This document shows positions 24,433 through 33,933 of a stretch of DNA of 59,563 nt, piece after piece. The notes under the pieces are model-generated. The model had not been told where the DNA came from. It did no database searches and was given only the letters and a program-made list of their open reading frames with translations. Source of the DNA: Candidatus Micrarchaeota archaeon (GTDB taxonomy: Archaea; Micrarchaeota; Micrarchaeia; Norongarragalinales; SBBD01); assembly GCA_043806595.1 (NCBI GenBank), contig JAZDGU010000050.1, forward strand, positions 1 through 59,563. Reading direction: 5' to 3'. How positions within the stretch are numbered: position 1 is the stretch's first letter; each line of letters starts with the position of its first letter. The position numbers and the translations under genes were made by a program.

Positions 24433-27288
24433 CTAGGGCAGGAAGTCCTTGCCGTTGATCTTCTCGGGCAGGTATGTGTTGCTGATGTATTGGAGGTTCT
24501 TCGAGCTGAGCGACTGGATTTCCGCCTTTATCTTCTTGTCCAGGAACTTGTCGATTTCCTTCTGCCACGGCTTGTTATTGAACCACTCGTAGGCCTTCAT
24601 CTCCTGCGCGCGCTTTATGTCCACGTCCTTGGCCTTGATGGTGACGCCGCGCAGGTCGTAGTGCTCGATGTCCGAGATGCTCATGCCGAGGAACTTCATC
24701 TCCTTGCAGCCGAGCCGGTCGCTCTCGTGCGCGAGCGCCATGCTGCCGTACTTCATGGTCGAATAAATGTACCAGCCGTACGGGTCGGCATCGGTGTTTG
24801 ACACCAGCAGCCCGCCCAAGCCGGTGACGAAGGAGTGGCTTGGCGCCACCTCGATGTCATAAACAAAGCCCGAAGAAGGCGTCACTTCAATAGTACGGCG
24901 GTGCTTGAGCAGGACCAGCCCGGATTCGACGATGTTCTTGAGCACGAAAATCCGCCGGATTTGCTCTGCGTCGAGGGTCGCTGCCGGTAAGACGGAAGTT
25001 TTTCTCCACGACCTCACGCCGTTTTCAACGGCGCTTGCGGCCAACCCCTTCCTTTCCATGCGCTTGAGCGCCTTGAACGCCGTAACGTACTTGACGCCAG
25101 CGATTTGTGAAATATGGCGGGTGGAGAGCACGGGAGCGCCGAACGCGGGAACGGCGTCGGAGATTTTGTCCCGCAATAGGAGGCTTTCGGGGGATTGCGG
25201 GACTCGGAGAATGAACGCGAGTTTTTCGAAGGCGATTCGCTTTTGGTTGTTGACCAGCGGGCTCGTGCCCTTGCGCGTCAAGGCGTAGATTGCCGGTTGG
25301 AGTCGCTTCACCAATTCCGATGGAACGGTCTTGCGGACGGATAGCTTCACAGTCGGCTTTTGAAGGTATTCCCAGACGCGCTCGCGGTAGCCCCTGGACA
25401 GGTCTAATACCGTATCGCGGGCGTTCCAGAGCGTCTCATGGTCGGAGACGACGACATGGTATTTGTCTTGTTCCGCCGGCTTTTTGGACTCGATTCTTCT
25501 GGCGTTCGCCCAGCCGCCCAGCTGGTGGAAAAGGAATACAAGGTCGGAGGCAAGGCCGCGGCTGACCGTCGAGGCCTGCAAGCGGCATCCGGTTGAAGAA
25601 AAGCGCAGGTGGCCGTCCCCGCGGAAGTATCCGCGCAAGAACTCAAGTTTTGCTTGGGCAGGGGCGTTGAAGATAGGCCATGGGACGCGCTTGTTCTCTG
25701 CCCCTTTGCCGGCTTTCAGGACGCTATCGAAAGCCGCCTCTACCAGTTTTCCGCCGAAGCCAACGCGGATGGAGTGCGGAAGGACGTCGATGCTTGCTTG
25801 AACGCCGAAAGCCTCCTTTGCGCATTGCTTGGCGTCCTCGGCGTACCCCATTTCATGCGGACCGAAAGTCATAAACACGCCGTCATGCAAGTGCCCTTCT
25901 GAAGCGTAATACCCGAGTAGGCGACAGAATTCCGGCGAAAGCTGCCAAGTTGGCTTGACATGCAATTCCGATTTCCCCCAGCGTAGTTCAAGAGGCTCCC
26001 CGGCATCTGCAAGGGCGACAAACTCAGCCTCGCCCGAATATTTCGCAGCAATGTGAGGTTTGAGGTATTTTTGTTCTGCGAACAGAGCTGCAGCATTGAC
26101 TTCCTTCAATTCCTCTGAATTCGGCACTTTTGTCGGGCAGACCAGGTAGTCCGACGGCTTCAAATCAGCCGGCCGGCGCGAGACTATTTCGTAAGACTCG
26201 GAATCGAAAACCTTGAGGCTGTGCGAGCGCGTGACGCGCACGGAATATCCGCCTTCCGCCTCGACCTCCAAAAGCGGCTCGCGAAGCTCGTGGCGAACGG
26301 CGTTCAGTATCAAGCCGGTGGAAGATTTGCCATCCTCGCGAACATGCAACGCTTCGCCTAGAGCGAAGGATTTCTGGTAGTATCCCATGTCGGCCACGCC
26401 GTAGGCTGTCATGGCAGAGTCGACGAAACTGCCGATTGAGGGCCGCCGAATCAAGCCGTCCTCGCCGATTACCATCAAGGGTTCGCCTGCATCGACGCTC
26501 AGGCAGTAAATCGGGAGCTTGAGCTCCTCGCTGATGCGCTGCAGCAGCCTGCGGGTGCCGCGCGCGGCCTGCCCTGCCGTCGTCACGAGGAGGCACTTCT
26601 GCTTGCGCCAGTACTCGTCCTCGTTGAGCCTGTCGAAGATTGCGTTCTTCTCCGCCACGAGCACGTATTCGATGCCGGAGTCGACGAACTCTACCTGCTC
26701 GACGATCGAGGGGATTGCGAGTCCGCCGCTGCCGAGCTTGCTGAGGTCTATCAGCGAAGCCTTCTCCTTGACGAAGTCGCGGATTCGGAGGTCGCCGGCC
26801 ATGCGGCCCTTGGGTTCCGCCCGGAGGTGCAGGCGCTCGCGGAAGGTGTCCAGCGACACCTCGAAGTCGACGATGGCGAGGTCGCTCTCCTTCTGCTCGT
26901 CGATCGTGTCCTCCTTGGTGCCCGCAATCGTGCGCTTCTTGGCGTAATAGAGGTCACGGAGGGTGGCGGTGAGGTTGTTCTCGAGGAGGTCCTTCTTCAC
27001 GTAGGATGCGACGAGCATGGTCTGCATGAAGCGCCTGGCGTGCGACACGTTGAACAGGTAGCGCTTCGCCACCTTCGCCCCGAGGACTATCTTCTTGTTC
27101 TTCTCGTCGAAGGCTACGTTGCTCGAGCCGCGCACCGGAATGTCGATGTGCGGGTTCTCGTCCTTGTCAATCTGGGCAATCAAGCCGGCGGCAAAACCGT
27201 CGATCTTTCCAAGTATCTCTCCGCGGTTTTTCTGCCGCTTCTCCATCGTCCGCGCCCCGGCGGCCTCGTCTTCGGTCTGCGTTGCCAT
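24433..27288 (-). CDS. top6A: DNA topoisomerase VI subunit A (Spo11 homologue) interrupted by an intein
   Basis: The N-extein (261 aa) ends ...EELKLPIY. The C-extein begins TDADPYGWYIYSTMKYGS... (Toprim DxD). A 570-aa insertion lies between them. Confidence 0.9.
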   Translation of the reverse strand: MATQTEDEAAGARTMEKRQKNRGEILGKIDGFAAGLIAQIDKDENPHIDIPVRGSSNVAFDEKNKKIVLGAKVAKRYLFNVSHARRFMQTMLVASYVKKDLLENNLTATLRDLYYAKKRTIAGTKEDTIDEQKESDLAIVDFEVSLDTFRERLHLRAEPKGRMAGDLRIRDFVKEKASLIDLSKLGSGGLAIPSIVEQVEFVDSGIEYVLVAEKNAIFDRLNEDEYWRKQKCLLVTTAGQAARGTRRLLQRISEELKLPIYCLSVDAGEPLMVIGEDGLIRRPSIGSFVDSAMTAYGVADMGYYQKSFALGEALHVREDGKSSTGLILNAVRHELREPLLEVEAEGGYSVRVTRSHSLKVFDSESYEIVSRRPADLKPSDYLVCPTKVPNSEELKEVNAAALFAEQKYLKPHIAAKYSGEAEFVALADAGEPLELRWGKSELHVKPTWQLSPEFCRLLGYYASEGHLHDGVFMTFGPHEMGYAEDAKQCAKEAFGVQASIDVLPHSIRVGFGGKLVEAAFDSVLKAGKGAENKRVPWPIFNAPAQAKLEFLRGYFRGDGHLRFSSTGCRLQASTVSRGLASDLVFLFHQLGGWANARRIESKKPAEQDKYHVVVSDHETLWNARDTVLDLSRGYRERVWEYLQKPTVKLSVRKTVPSELVKRLQPAIYALTRKGTSPLVNNQKRIAFEKLAFILRVPQSPESLLLRDKISDAVPAFGAPVLSTRHISQIAGVKYVTAFKALKRMERKGLAASAVENGVRSWRKTSVLPAATLDAEQIRRIFVLKNIVESGLVLLKHRRTIEVTPSSGFVYDIEVAPSHSFVTGLGGLLVSNTDADPYGWYIYSTMKYGSMALAHESDRLGCKEMKFLGMSISDIEHYDLRGVTIKAKDVDIKRAQEMKAYEWFNNKPWQKEIDKFLDKKIKAEIQSLSSKNLQYISNTYLPEKINGKDFLP
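24796..26505 (-). mobile_element. Intein with LAGLIDADG homing-endonuclease domain in Top6A
   Basis: Starts with Cys262 (CLSVDAGEPLMV). Block B is VTRSH. Two LAGLIDADG motifs are present (LLGYYASEGH, FLRGYFRGDGH). Block F is FVYDIEVAPSHSF. It ends LLVSN with Thr at +1. 1710 nt = 570 codons. GC is lower than in the exteins. Confidence 0.85.
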
Positions 27289-27301
27289 GTGAACCCTCGG
27301 G

Positions 27302-29257
27302 TTATTTGCCTTCCTCCTCTATCTCCTTCTCGGCGGCCTTCTCCATCTCCTCGAGACCGGCCTCCTCCTCTTCCAGCTTCTCCGCGATTGTCGTGCGCAC
27401 CTCGGCGATCTTGCGGAGCTTGGTCTCCAGAAGCTTGCGGTCCTTGCCCGTCAGCTCGTTGAGCGCCTGCGAGACTTCGCCGACGTAGCGGAAGAATATC
27501 TGCCTGCGGTGCTCCTGGTCCTCTATGCGCTGCATCGAGTGAAGGTATATGCCTATGTCCCTGGCGCACTCCATGAGCGCCTGGCGGATCTCCGTCACGA
27601 TCTCGTCCTCCTGCGAGATGGAGAGCTTGCCTGCGCCGGTGTAGGGCACGTGGACGGAGATGAAGTTGACCAGTATCGAGACGGGCATGGCGTCCCAGTT
27701 CTTGAGGTCGTAGCGGCCCCAGTCGATGGTCTTGACCGCCTCCGTGATCGCGCACGAGCCGCTGTCGAAGAGGAGGGGCACGCGGTTTGAAAACCGGAGA
27801 ACCTCGCCGACGCGGGAGTGCTCCGAGTCGCCTTCGGCGCCGGACTTGCCGCCGTAGGCGATTGCGGCCTCGACGACGAACGGGATGCCCCCGCGGAACA
27901 CGCGGGGCTTGCGCTCGACTACCTTCATGGTCTCCGGCGAAAGCAGGTTCTTGAGGCTCTTCTCGAGCTGGACCGCACCGACGGGGATGACGGAGGACAT
28001 CTCTGGCGCAATCCACCTGATCTTCTGGATGTTCTGCACGATGCGCTCGCCCTCGGGCCACTGCAGCGAGCGGGGCGAGCGGTTGAAGTCGACGAAACCC
28101 TGCTGGCCGGGCTTGTGGCCGGCGTTGACCAGCGACTCGAGCTCCTTGACCTTGTCCCCGGAGATGCGCGTGAAGTCCGACTGGAGGAAGGAGGACAGCT
28201 TCCTAGACTCGCTCGCGGCGGCCATGTCCATCAGGTCGCTCGTGGTCACGCCGAGAGGGTGGGGCTGGACCGCCGGCGGCTTTTCTGGGATTTCCTTGGT
28301 CGCGCGCGGGAAGACGATGAGCTCGTTCGACGGCTCGAGCAGCGTAATCTGCACGTGCGGGTTCGCGAGCGCGGTGCGGCGCAGGTACTCGTAGACCCCG
28401 TACTCGGAGCGGTTGTACGTGACTTCGGAGAACTCGGCCTCGACGCGCACGCCGCGGAAGTTCTGGCTGTACTCCTTCTCGTTGGCGGCGGTGGGCTTGT
28501 TGGTCTTGGCGTCGATGCTCACGTCAGCTTCGTATGCCTTGTAGTTGCCGATGCCGGTCTTGATGCGTATGGGCTTGCCCGTGGTAATCTGCGAGAAAAG
28601 CGTCGCGTAGGACGCGCCTATCCCCTGCTGGCCCCTCTTCTGGCGGCGCTGGTGGAACTTGGTCCCGCTGAGGAGCTGGCCGAACGCCTGCGCCGCCTTC
28701 GAGCGCGGTATGCCCATGCCGTTGTCCTGCACCACCACGCGGAGGTGGCCGTAGGCCCACTTGTACTCGAGCCTCGAGCCCTTCGCAAGCGGCGACTTGA
28801 GAGCAACGACCTTCACGGTGTCGCGGCCGCGCTTCTCGTTCTTCAGGTTGTAATCCTTCTTCAGCTGGAGCTCCGCGCCGTCCACCAGGACGACGAGGAC
28901 GTCCGCGTCGGCTATGTGCGCGGGGATGTCGAAGCGCGCGGCGACGCCGTCGCCGACGGCAATCTGCTCCCGCTGGACCTTCGCGGAGATTGCGTGGACC
29001 TCGACGAGGATGTCGGGCAGGACCTTCGCGTCCTCCGCGGAATCGATGGCGTTCGTGACGTATTCATGGACGATGGTGGTCAAAGAGCGGACCTTTCCGC
29101 TGTAGCCGAGCATCTGCCTGTTCTTCTTGAAGAACTCGGCGACGCTGTACTCCTTGAAATCCTGCGCCAGCCTGCGCTCCTCCTCGTCCGCCGCGGCCTT
29201 CGCTGCGGCTGCTGCCTTTGCGTCGGGCGCGGACTTTTCCGGGTTTTCTTCTGGCAA
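27302..29257 (-). CDS. top6B: DNA topoisomerase VI subunit B (GHKL ATPase)
   Basis: SVAEFFKKNRQMLGY, EYVTNAIDS (N-box), VQDNGMGIP (G1), GQQGIGAS (G2). TTG 29257 is the first start the supplied ORF track calls and lies upstream of the conserved N-terminus; no in-frame ATG occurs before the conserved SVAEFF segment. It sits 14 nt upstream of top6A. Confidence 0.9.
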   Translation of the reverse strand: MPEENPEKSAPDAKAAAAAKAAADEEERRLAQDFKEYSVAEFFKKNRQMLGYSGKVRSLTTIVHEYVTNAIDSAEDAKVLPDILVEVHAISAKVQREQIAVGDGVAARFDIPAHIADADVLVVLVDGAELQLKKDYNLKNEKRGRDTVKVVALKSPLAKGSRLEYKWAYGHLRVVVQDNGMGIPRSKAAQAFGQLLSGTKFHQRRQKRGQQGIGASYATLFSQITTGKPIRIKTGIGNYKAYEADVSIDAKTNKPTAANEKEYSQNFRGVRVEAEFSEVTYNRSEYGVYEYLRRTALANPHVQITLLEPSNELIVFPRATKEIPEKPPAVQPHPLGVTTSDLMDMAAASESRKLSSFLQSDFTRISGDKVKELESLVNAGHKPGQQGFVDFNRSPRSLQWPEGERIVQNIQKIRWIAPEMSSVIPVGAVQLEKSLKNLLSPETMKVVERKPRVFRGGIPFVVEAAIAYGGKSGAEGDSEHSRVGEVLRFSNRVPLLFDSGSCAITEAVKTIDWGRYDLKNWDAMPVSILVNFISVHVPYTGAGKLSISQEDEIVTEIRQALMECARDIGIYLHSMQRIEDQEHRRQIFFRYVGEVSQALNELTGKDRKLLETKLRKIAEVRTTIAEKLEEEEAGLEEMEKAAEKEIEEEGK

Positions 29258-29263
29258 GCGATT

Positions 29264-29773
29264 TCACCGCATCGAATATTTCCTCAGCTTGTTCTGGCGC
29301 TCAAGGAAGGCGAACACCGTCGAGTGCATCCTGCCCTCGAGGAGCCTGAGCACCGCCTCCTTGGCGAGCTGCAGGTCGTCGAACTGGCCCAGTATGAACA
29401 CCTTGCCGCCCGAGACGGAAAGATACGCCCCGCTGAGCTCCTCGATGGTCTTCTTGGCCCTGCCGCCCTCGCCGATGATCCTCCCCTTGAAGCGCTTCAC
29501 CGACTTCGGATTCCGGACGGCAAGCTCGAGGTCGACGACCTCCAAAAAAAAGTTATCGTTGAAAAGCTTAAAAGCCTTCTGAAGCGGGAAGCCCACGTCG
29601 AGCGCGGAGACCACCTGCCGCGCGATCCACTCGTCGCCGCCCTCGCCGTCGAGCTCCAACCCTCCCTCCGCCCGCGACACCGCGACCTTGCCGAGGCGGG
29701 CCAGCTGCGCGGCTATCGAGGGGTCGGCGTCGAGCACGGAAAGGGTCTTGGAAGACAACGGCACGTAGTCCAT
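29264..29773 (-). CDS. KH-domain RNA-binding protein (Dim2/Pno1-like)
   Basis: GRIIGEGGRAKKTIEELSG (GxxG KH motif). Two KH-like halves. ATG 29773 (track start is GTG 29782). Confidence 0.7.
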   Translation of the reverse strand: MDYVPLSSKTLSVLDADPSIAAQLARLGKVAVSRAEGGLELDGEGGDEWIARQVVSALDVGFPLQKAFKLFNDNFFLEVVDLELAVRNPKSVKRFKGRIIGEGGRAKKTIEELSGAYLSVSGGKVFILGQFDDLQLAKEAVLRLLEGRMHSTVFAFLERQNKLRKYSMR

Positions 29774-29898
29774 TCTAAACACTTTAAAGCATCAAGATTC
29801 ATCGGAAACAGGAGGCGGACCCCTGCACATTATTGAGGAAAAACACGTTTAAATAGGCTTTGCCGGCGGCCCCCGCGCAGAGTGAAAAAGGGAGGAAC

Positions 29899-31143
29899 AT
29901 GGGATTCGAGCCCGAGGAGTTCGTCGTCGAGGAAATCGCACCCGACGGCACCGTCCTCGAGATCGGGAAGGAGCTGCAGAGGGAGGACGAGGAGGGCGCC
30001 ACCGCCTCCCAGTACTTCGCGAGGTTCGTGCTGCAGAAGAGGCTCTGGACGACGCCCGAGGCGATGAGGGCGGTCGCGGCGAGGCTCGGGGTTTCGCAGA
30101 AGAGGCTGGGAGCGGCGGGCAACAAGGACAGGAACGCGGTGACCACGCAGATGTGCAGCGCCTTCGCGGTCGAGCCCGAGCGGGTAAGGCAGCTGAGGAT
30201 CAAGGACATCTCGATAAACGGCGCGTGGAGGTCCGGGAAAAAGGTGGGACTCGGCGACCTCGCGGGCAACAGGTTCACGGTCACGCTCAACGAAAAAAGC
30301 TGCGGGAAACGGATATCCGCGGCCGAAATCCTCGCCGATGCGGAAAAAAACGGCTACGCGGTCCCGAATTACTTCGGAAGCCAGAGGTTCGGAAGCACGC
30401 GCAGGAACACGCACCTCGTCGGCCGGCTGCTCCTCGAGGGAAGGCACGAGGACGCGGTGATGGCCTACCTCTGCGCGCCCGGCGACACCAACCTCGCGGC
30501 TGCCCGGGCGAGGCGGGACCTCTCGGAAAGCCGGGACTTCCGGCAGGCGCTCGCGGGATTCCCGAGGCACCTGAAGTTCGAGCGCCGGATGATCGCGCAC
30601 CTCGCGCTCCACCCCGGTGATTTCCTCGGCGCGTTCCGGCGCCTTCACAGGAGCTCGCAGCTGCTTTTCGTGCACGCCGTGCAGAGCTGGCTCTTCAACA
30701 GGAAGGCGAGGATGCGCGCCGACGACGGCACCCTCCTCACGCCCCGGGACGGGGACCGTCTCTGCATGCTCGACGGCATGGGCTTCCCCGACGCGGATTC
30801 CGCAAAAAAAATCCCCGAAGACGCGACCGCGGAGGAGGCGGGGAGGCTGGTCTCCGAAGGCCGGGCGGTGCTCGCGGCCAACATCATAGGATACGCGAGC
30901 GAGCTCACCGCCGACGAAAACGCACTCCTCGCCGCGGAGGGCATCTCCAAGGAGTTCTTCAGGCCGAGGAGCATGCCGGAGCTTTCCTCGAAGGGCGCGT
31001 TGAGGCCGCTGTTCGTGTTCCTGCGGGGATTTGAGGCGCGCGACTCGGAAGACGGGGTGGTCGCCAGGTTCTCGCTGCCCTCGGGGAGCTACGCGACCGT
31101 AGCGCTCGACGAGCTGCTCGGGAACCAGCACGACGTTTTTTAA
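29899..31143 (+). CDS. truD: tRNA pseudouridine synthase D (TruD/Pus7 family)
   Basis: MGFEPEEFVVEEI... and the AGNKDRNAVTTQ catalytic-Asp motif. GGGAGG lies 5 nt upstream of ATG 29899. The track start 29860 is TTG. Confidence 0.85.
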   Translation: MGFEPEEFVVEEIAPDGTVLEIGKELQREDEEGATASQYFARFVLQKRLWTTPEAMRAVAARLGVSQKRLGAAGNKDRNAVTTQMCSAFAVEPERVRQLRIKDISINGAWRSGKKVGLGDLAGNRFTVTLNEKSCGKRISAAEILADAEKNGYAVPNYFGSQRFGSTRRNTHLVGRLLLEGRHEDAVMAYLCAPGDTNLAAARARRDLSESRDFRQALAGFPRHLKFERRMIAHLALHPGDFLGAFRRLHRSSQLLFVHAVQSWLFNRKARMRADDGTLLTPRDGDRLCMLDGMGFPDADSAKKIPEDATAEEAGRLVSEGRAVLAANIIGYASELTADENALLAAEGISKEFFRPRSMPELSSKGALRPLFVFLRGFEARDSEDGVVARFSLPSGSYATVALDELLGNQHDVF

Positions 31144-31176
31144 ATCGCGGCAGGCATAGTTATTCCGCTTTTTTAC

Positions 31177-31250
31177 GGGCTCGTAGCTCAGCTTGGCAGA
31201 GCGTTCGGCTCTTAACCGAAATGTCGAGGGTTCGAATCCCTCCGGGCCCG
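31177..31250 (+). tRNA. tRNA-Lys(CUU), no intron
   Basis: GGGCUCG-UA-GCUC-AGCUUGGCA-GAGC-G-UUCGG-CUCUUAA-CCGAA-AUGUC-GAGGG-UUCGAAU-CCCUC-CGGGCCC-G. Confidence 0.9.
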
Positions 31251-31258
31251 CTCCCCCC

Positions 31259-33007
31259 TCATGAGCGTCCTGAGTCGGAATCCTTCCTCTTTTTCGCCAG
31301 ATACTCGTTGATGCGGGCGTTGACCTCGGTTATCTCCCTCTGGTTGCGGATCATCTCACGCTTGAAGTCGCCCTCGGACATCCTGCCCTTCATGTAGGCG
31401 GCCTTGAGCGCCTCCGCCTCCTCCCTCAAATGCTGCCGCTGCTGCGCGAGAGTCGTCCCCTTCCTGCGCTCCCTCTCAAAAACCGAATACAGGTGGTGCA
31501 GCCCGTAGAGCAGGAAACAGAAAGCGACGAACACGCTCGCGTAGAAAAGGAACTCGCCGTACCTGCTCGCTACGACGACCTTGAGAAGCAAAGCCCTGCG
31601 CCCGGGGAAGAGCTGCGCGATAAAAACCCCTGTCTCGTTTACCGAGTTCGAGAGGGCGATGTCGTACGTTCCGTTGACCTGCGGGTACATCTCGCACACG
31701 AAGTTCGAGGACGAGCCGTTGAACGGCGGACGGCAGATGCACTTCGACGGCCCCTCGCACGGGATGTCGCGGGAGAGCGTGGAGGCGCTGTCGGTGAACA
31801 CGAAGACGCGGACCTTGACTCCCGCGGAAATCACGGCGGGCTCGAAATAGTAGCCCACGACGTTGATCTTCCCCGGCACCCCGAAAACCACCGGGACCGC
31901 GGTGACGGCGACCGCGCGCTCGATTGCTGTTTGGGAGGGAAGGGGGGTCGCGCCGAATCCCTCAATGCCCGGAATCGCGGGGACATATTGCGGATAGCCC
32001 GGCCGGGCCGTGGCCTGGTAGGTGGCGCCCGCCTCGGGCGGAACTGTGGCCTGCACCTCGCATTTCAGGCGGTTGGCTGACCAGACGAACCCTCCGCCCT
32101 CGCCGGTGCAGTAGTAGGCTTCCTGCCCGCATGACTCCCGGCTGCACAGGTTGTCGGGGCCGCAGCCAAGGGAAGAATATGCGCAGGTGCCGGCGGCCCC
32201 CGGCGAAGAGCAGCCGGCACACTGGCCCGAAACCTTCAAGGAAGAAGGCGTGCAAACGTCGGGGCACGGCCCCGCGGTCCCCCCGCACGAACCGCCGTTG
32301 CATGACGGCGCGCAGCAGCCGGAAGAGGGGCATGCCGCGGTCCGGGGCACGCACGACAAATTCGAAAGCGCGTAGGTCGCGAGCGCGGGGGTACCGTTCA
32401 ACGTCGTGCAGAGAGGCGGCGGGCAGGACGGAAATTCCGTGCAGGAAGAATTCCCGGCGGTCCACTGGAATTGGGCGGCCGACGAGTTCCAGCCGCAGTC
32501 GTAAAGTGCGCCGCCGCAGGACTGCCTGACGCAGTAGTTCGAAAAGGAACAGGTCAGAGGCGCGGCCTGCGCGCAAGACCCGCCGGAACACCTGCCCGCT
32601 GGCTGGAGCAGGGAGGGGGTACAGCTCGGCGGGGAGCATGCGGTGCCGTCCTGGCCTGCGCCGCACGAGACGTTGACGCCAGTGGAATTGCATGGAACGT
32701 CCAGTCCGCGCGCGAGCGCGAGGCTGGCGAACACGGCATACGCCCCGGAGTACTGGTAGGTGCACTGGAAGGGAACCAGCTGCACGCAGTCGTTTGTGGC
32801 GGCGACGGAAAGCGTCTGGGAGGGCACGCCGGATGCATTGCCCTCGCAGTAATAGTTCACGACGAAGGCGTCGCAGGAATCGACGACGAGCATGAGGGAG
32901 GCGGGCAGGCCGACAGCGGCCGCGTACTGCGTCGCATTGAAGCCGCAGGAGGCGGCATGGGCGGGCAGCACGAAAAGCGCAAGGAGCGCGCAAAAGAGTC
33001 GGCGCAT
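31259..33007 (-). CDS. Cys-rich secreted surface protein with C-terminal TM anchor and charged tail
   Basis: Signal peptide MRRLFCALLALFVLPAHA. More than 50 Cys residues. Two homologous Cys-rich modules. Many N-x-S/T sequons. TM helix FLFYASVFVAFCFLLYGL followed by a Lys/Arg/Glu-rich tail. Confidence 0.6.
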   Translation of the reverse strand: MRRLFCALLALFVLPAHAASCGFNATQYAAAVGLPASLMLVVDSCDAFVVNYYCEGNASGVPSQTLSVAATNDCVQLVPFQCTYQYSGAYAVFASLALARGLDVPCNSTGVNVSCGAGQDGTACSPPSCTPSLLQPAGRCSGGSCAQAAPLTCSFSNYCVRQSCGGALYDCGWNSSAAQFQWTAGNSSCTEFPSCPPPLCTTLNGTPALATYALSNLSCVPRTAACPSSGCCAPSCNGGSCGGTAGPCPDVCTPSSLKVSGQCAGCSSPGAAGTCAYSSLGCGPDNLCSRESCGQEAYYCTGEGGGFVWSANRLKCEVQATVPPEAGATYQATARPGYPQYVPAIPGIEGFGATPLPSQTAIERAVAVTAVPVVFGVPGKINVVGYYFEPAVISAGVKVRVFVFTDSASTLSRDIPCEGPSKCICRPPFNGSSSNFVCEMYPQVNGTYDIALSNSVNETGVFIAQLFPGRRALLLKVVVASRYGEFLFYASVFVAFCFLLYGLHHLYSVFERERRKGTTLAQQRQHLREEAEALKAAYMKGRMSEGDFKREMIRNQREITEVNARINEYLAKKRKDSDSGRS

Positions 33008-33059
33008 GGATGGTTATGGGTTTCCAGGCGAATAAAAAGGTACCTCCCCCGCGCGGAGT

Positions 33060-33347
33060 TCAGCTCTTGAGGATTCCCTTCTGCCTCAGCTGCTCGACCT
33101 GCGGGCGCGTGTAGCGGTAGGCGATGTCGCCCTTGGCGTCGCTCTCCACGCTCCAGGGAAGGATGAGGACGATGTCGCCCTCGCGCACCCAGATCATGCG
33201 CTTAATCTTGCCGGGAATCCTGCAGAGGCGCTCCTTTCCGTCGGCGCACTCTATGAGCATGCGCGAGCCGCCGTACATCTGCCTCACCACGCCGAAGATC
33301 TCGCCCCGTCGGGGCATCCTCAGGCGGTAAACGGGTTGGTCGTTCAT
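33060..33347 (-). CDS. eif1a: Translation initiation factor aIF1A
   Basis: ...GEIFGVVRQMYGGSRMLIECADGKERLCRIPGKIKRMIWVREGDIVLI... is the S1-like OB fold of a/eIF1A. Confidence 0.9.
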   Translation of the reverse strand: MNDQPVYRLRMPRRGEIFGVVRQMYGGSRMLIECADGKERLCRIPGKIKRMIWVREGDIVLILPWSVESDAKGDIAYRYTRPQVEQLRQKGILKS

Positions 33348-33354
33348 GGGGAAA

Positions 33355-33759
33355 TCACGCCCTCACCGGGGAACGCGCCCCGCACGCCTCGCACACCAGC
33401 ACCTTCGCTCCGCGGCCGTGCGGCTCGATATAGGTGTCCGGCTTCCCGCACTCGTGGCATATGACGTTCGTCGAAATGTAGAGTGAGAGCTTCTCGTTTA
33501 CGAGCCGTTCGGAAAGCTTGCCGTAAAGCATCAGCTTGCCCTCCTGCATCAGCCCCGGAATCGCCAGCTCCTTGAACAGGAACTTGGAGACCTCCTCGGG
33601 CTTGCGGCGGAGCTTCGAGCACACGACGTCGAAGTTCTTGATGAAAGTCTTGTTCCCCTGCAGGAACGTCTCCGCGGCCGGGGCCTCGAAGCGCTCGCCC
33701 GTCCCCTTCCTTTCCGGAAGGCTGGCGAAGACATCGTCCAGAAGTTCCGCGTAACCCAT
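33355..33759 (-). CDS. eif2b: Translation initiation factor aIF2 beta subunit
   Basis: ...FEAPAAETFLQGNKTFIKNF...CHECGKPDT...CEACGA (C4 zinc ribbon). ATG 33759 (track start is TTG 33765). Confidence 0.9.
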   Translation of the reverse strand: MGYAELLDDVFASLPERKGTGERFEAPAAETFLQGNKTFIKNFDVVCSKLRRKPEEVSKFLFKELAIPGLMQEGKLMLYGKLSERLVNEKLSLYISTNVICHECGKPDTYIEPHGRGAKVLVCEACGARSPVRA

Positions 33760-33848
33760 TGCCAAGCAAACACCAGCCCACTAGCCGACCAACGAACAGC
33801 CAAACAAAGGCCGTCCAACATGTTTGACTCGTGCTCTATAAAAACCCT

Positions 33849-33859
33849 ATGCAGGGGGA
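33849..33859 (+). repeat. tRNA-Leu 3'-end core copy L4 (ATGCAGGGGGA, 11 nt)
   Basis: Same orientation as 56612..56623. It lies in the intergenic region between aIF2-beta and the MFS gene. Confidence 0.5.
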
Positions 33860-33933
33860 ACGGGGAGTATTAAAACGATTGTTTAAATACGCCCCCGGTC
33901 AAAAAAAGTGAAACGCCTCATTCAGTGGTAGCC

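Noticed and set aside
27818-29836. 672-aa plus-strand ORF
   Set aside because: It lies antisense to top6B and the KH gene, both of which have clear motifs. The composition (L/R/G/A/V/D repeats) fits a GC-driven open frame.
29830-31131. 433-aa minus-strand ORF
   Set aside because: It lies antisense to truD, which has the catalytic GNKDRNAVTTQ motif. It is a shadow ORF.
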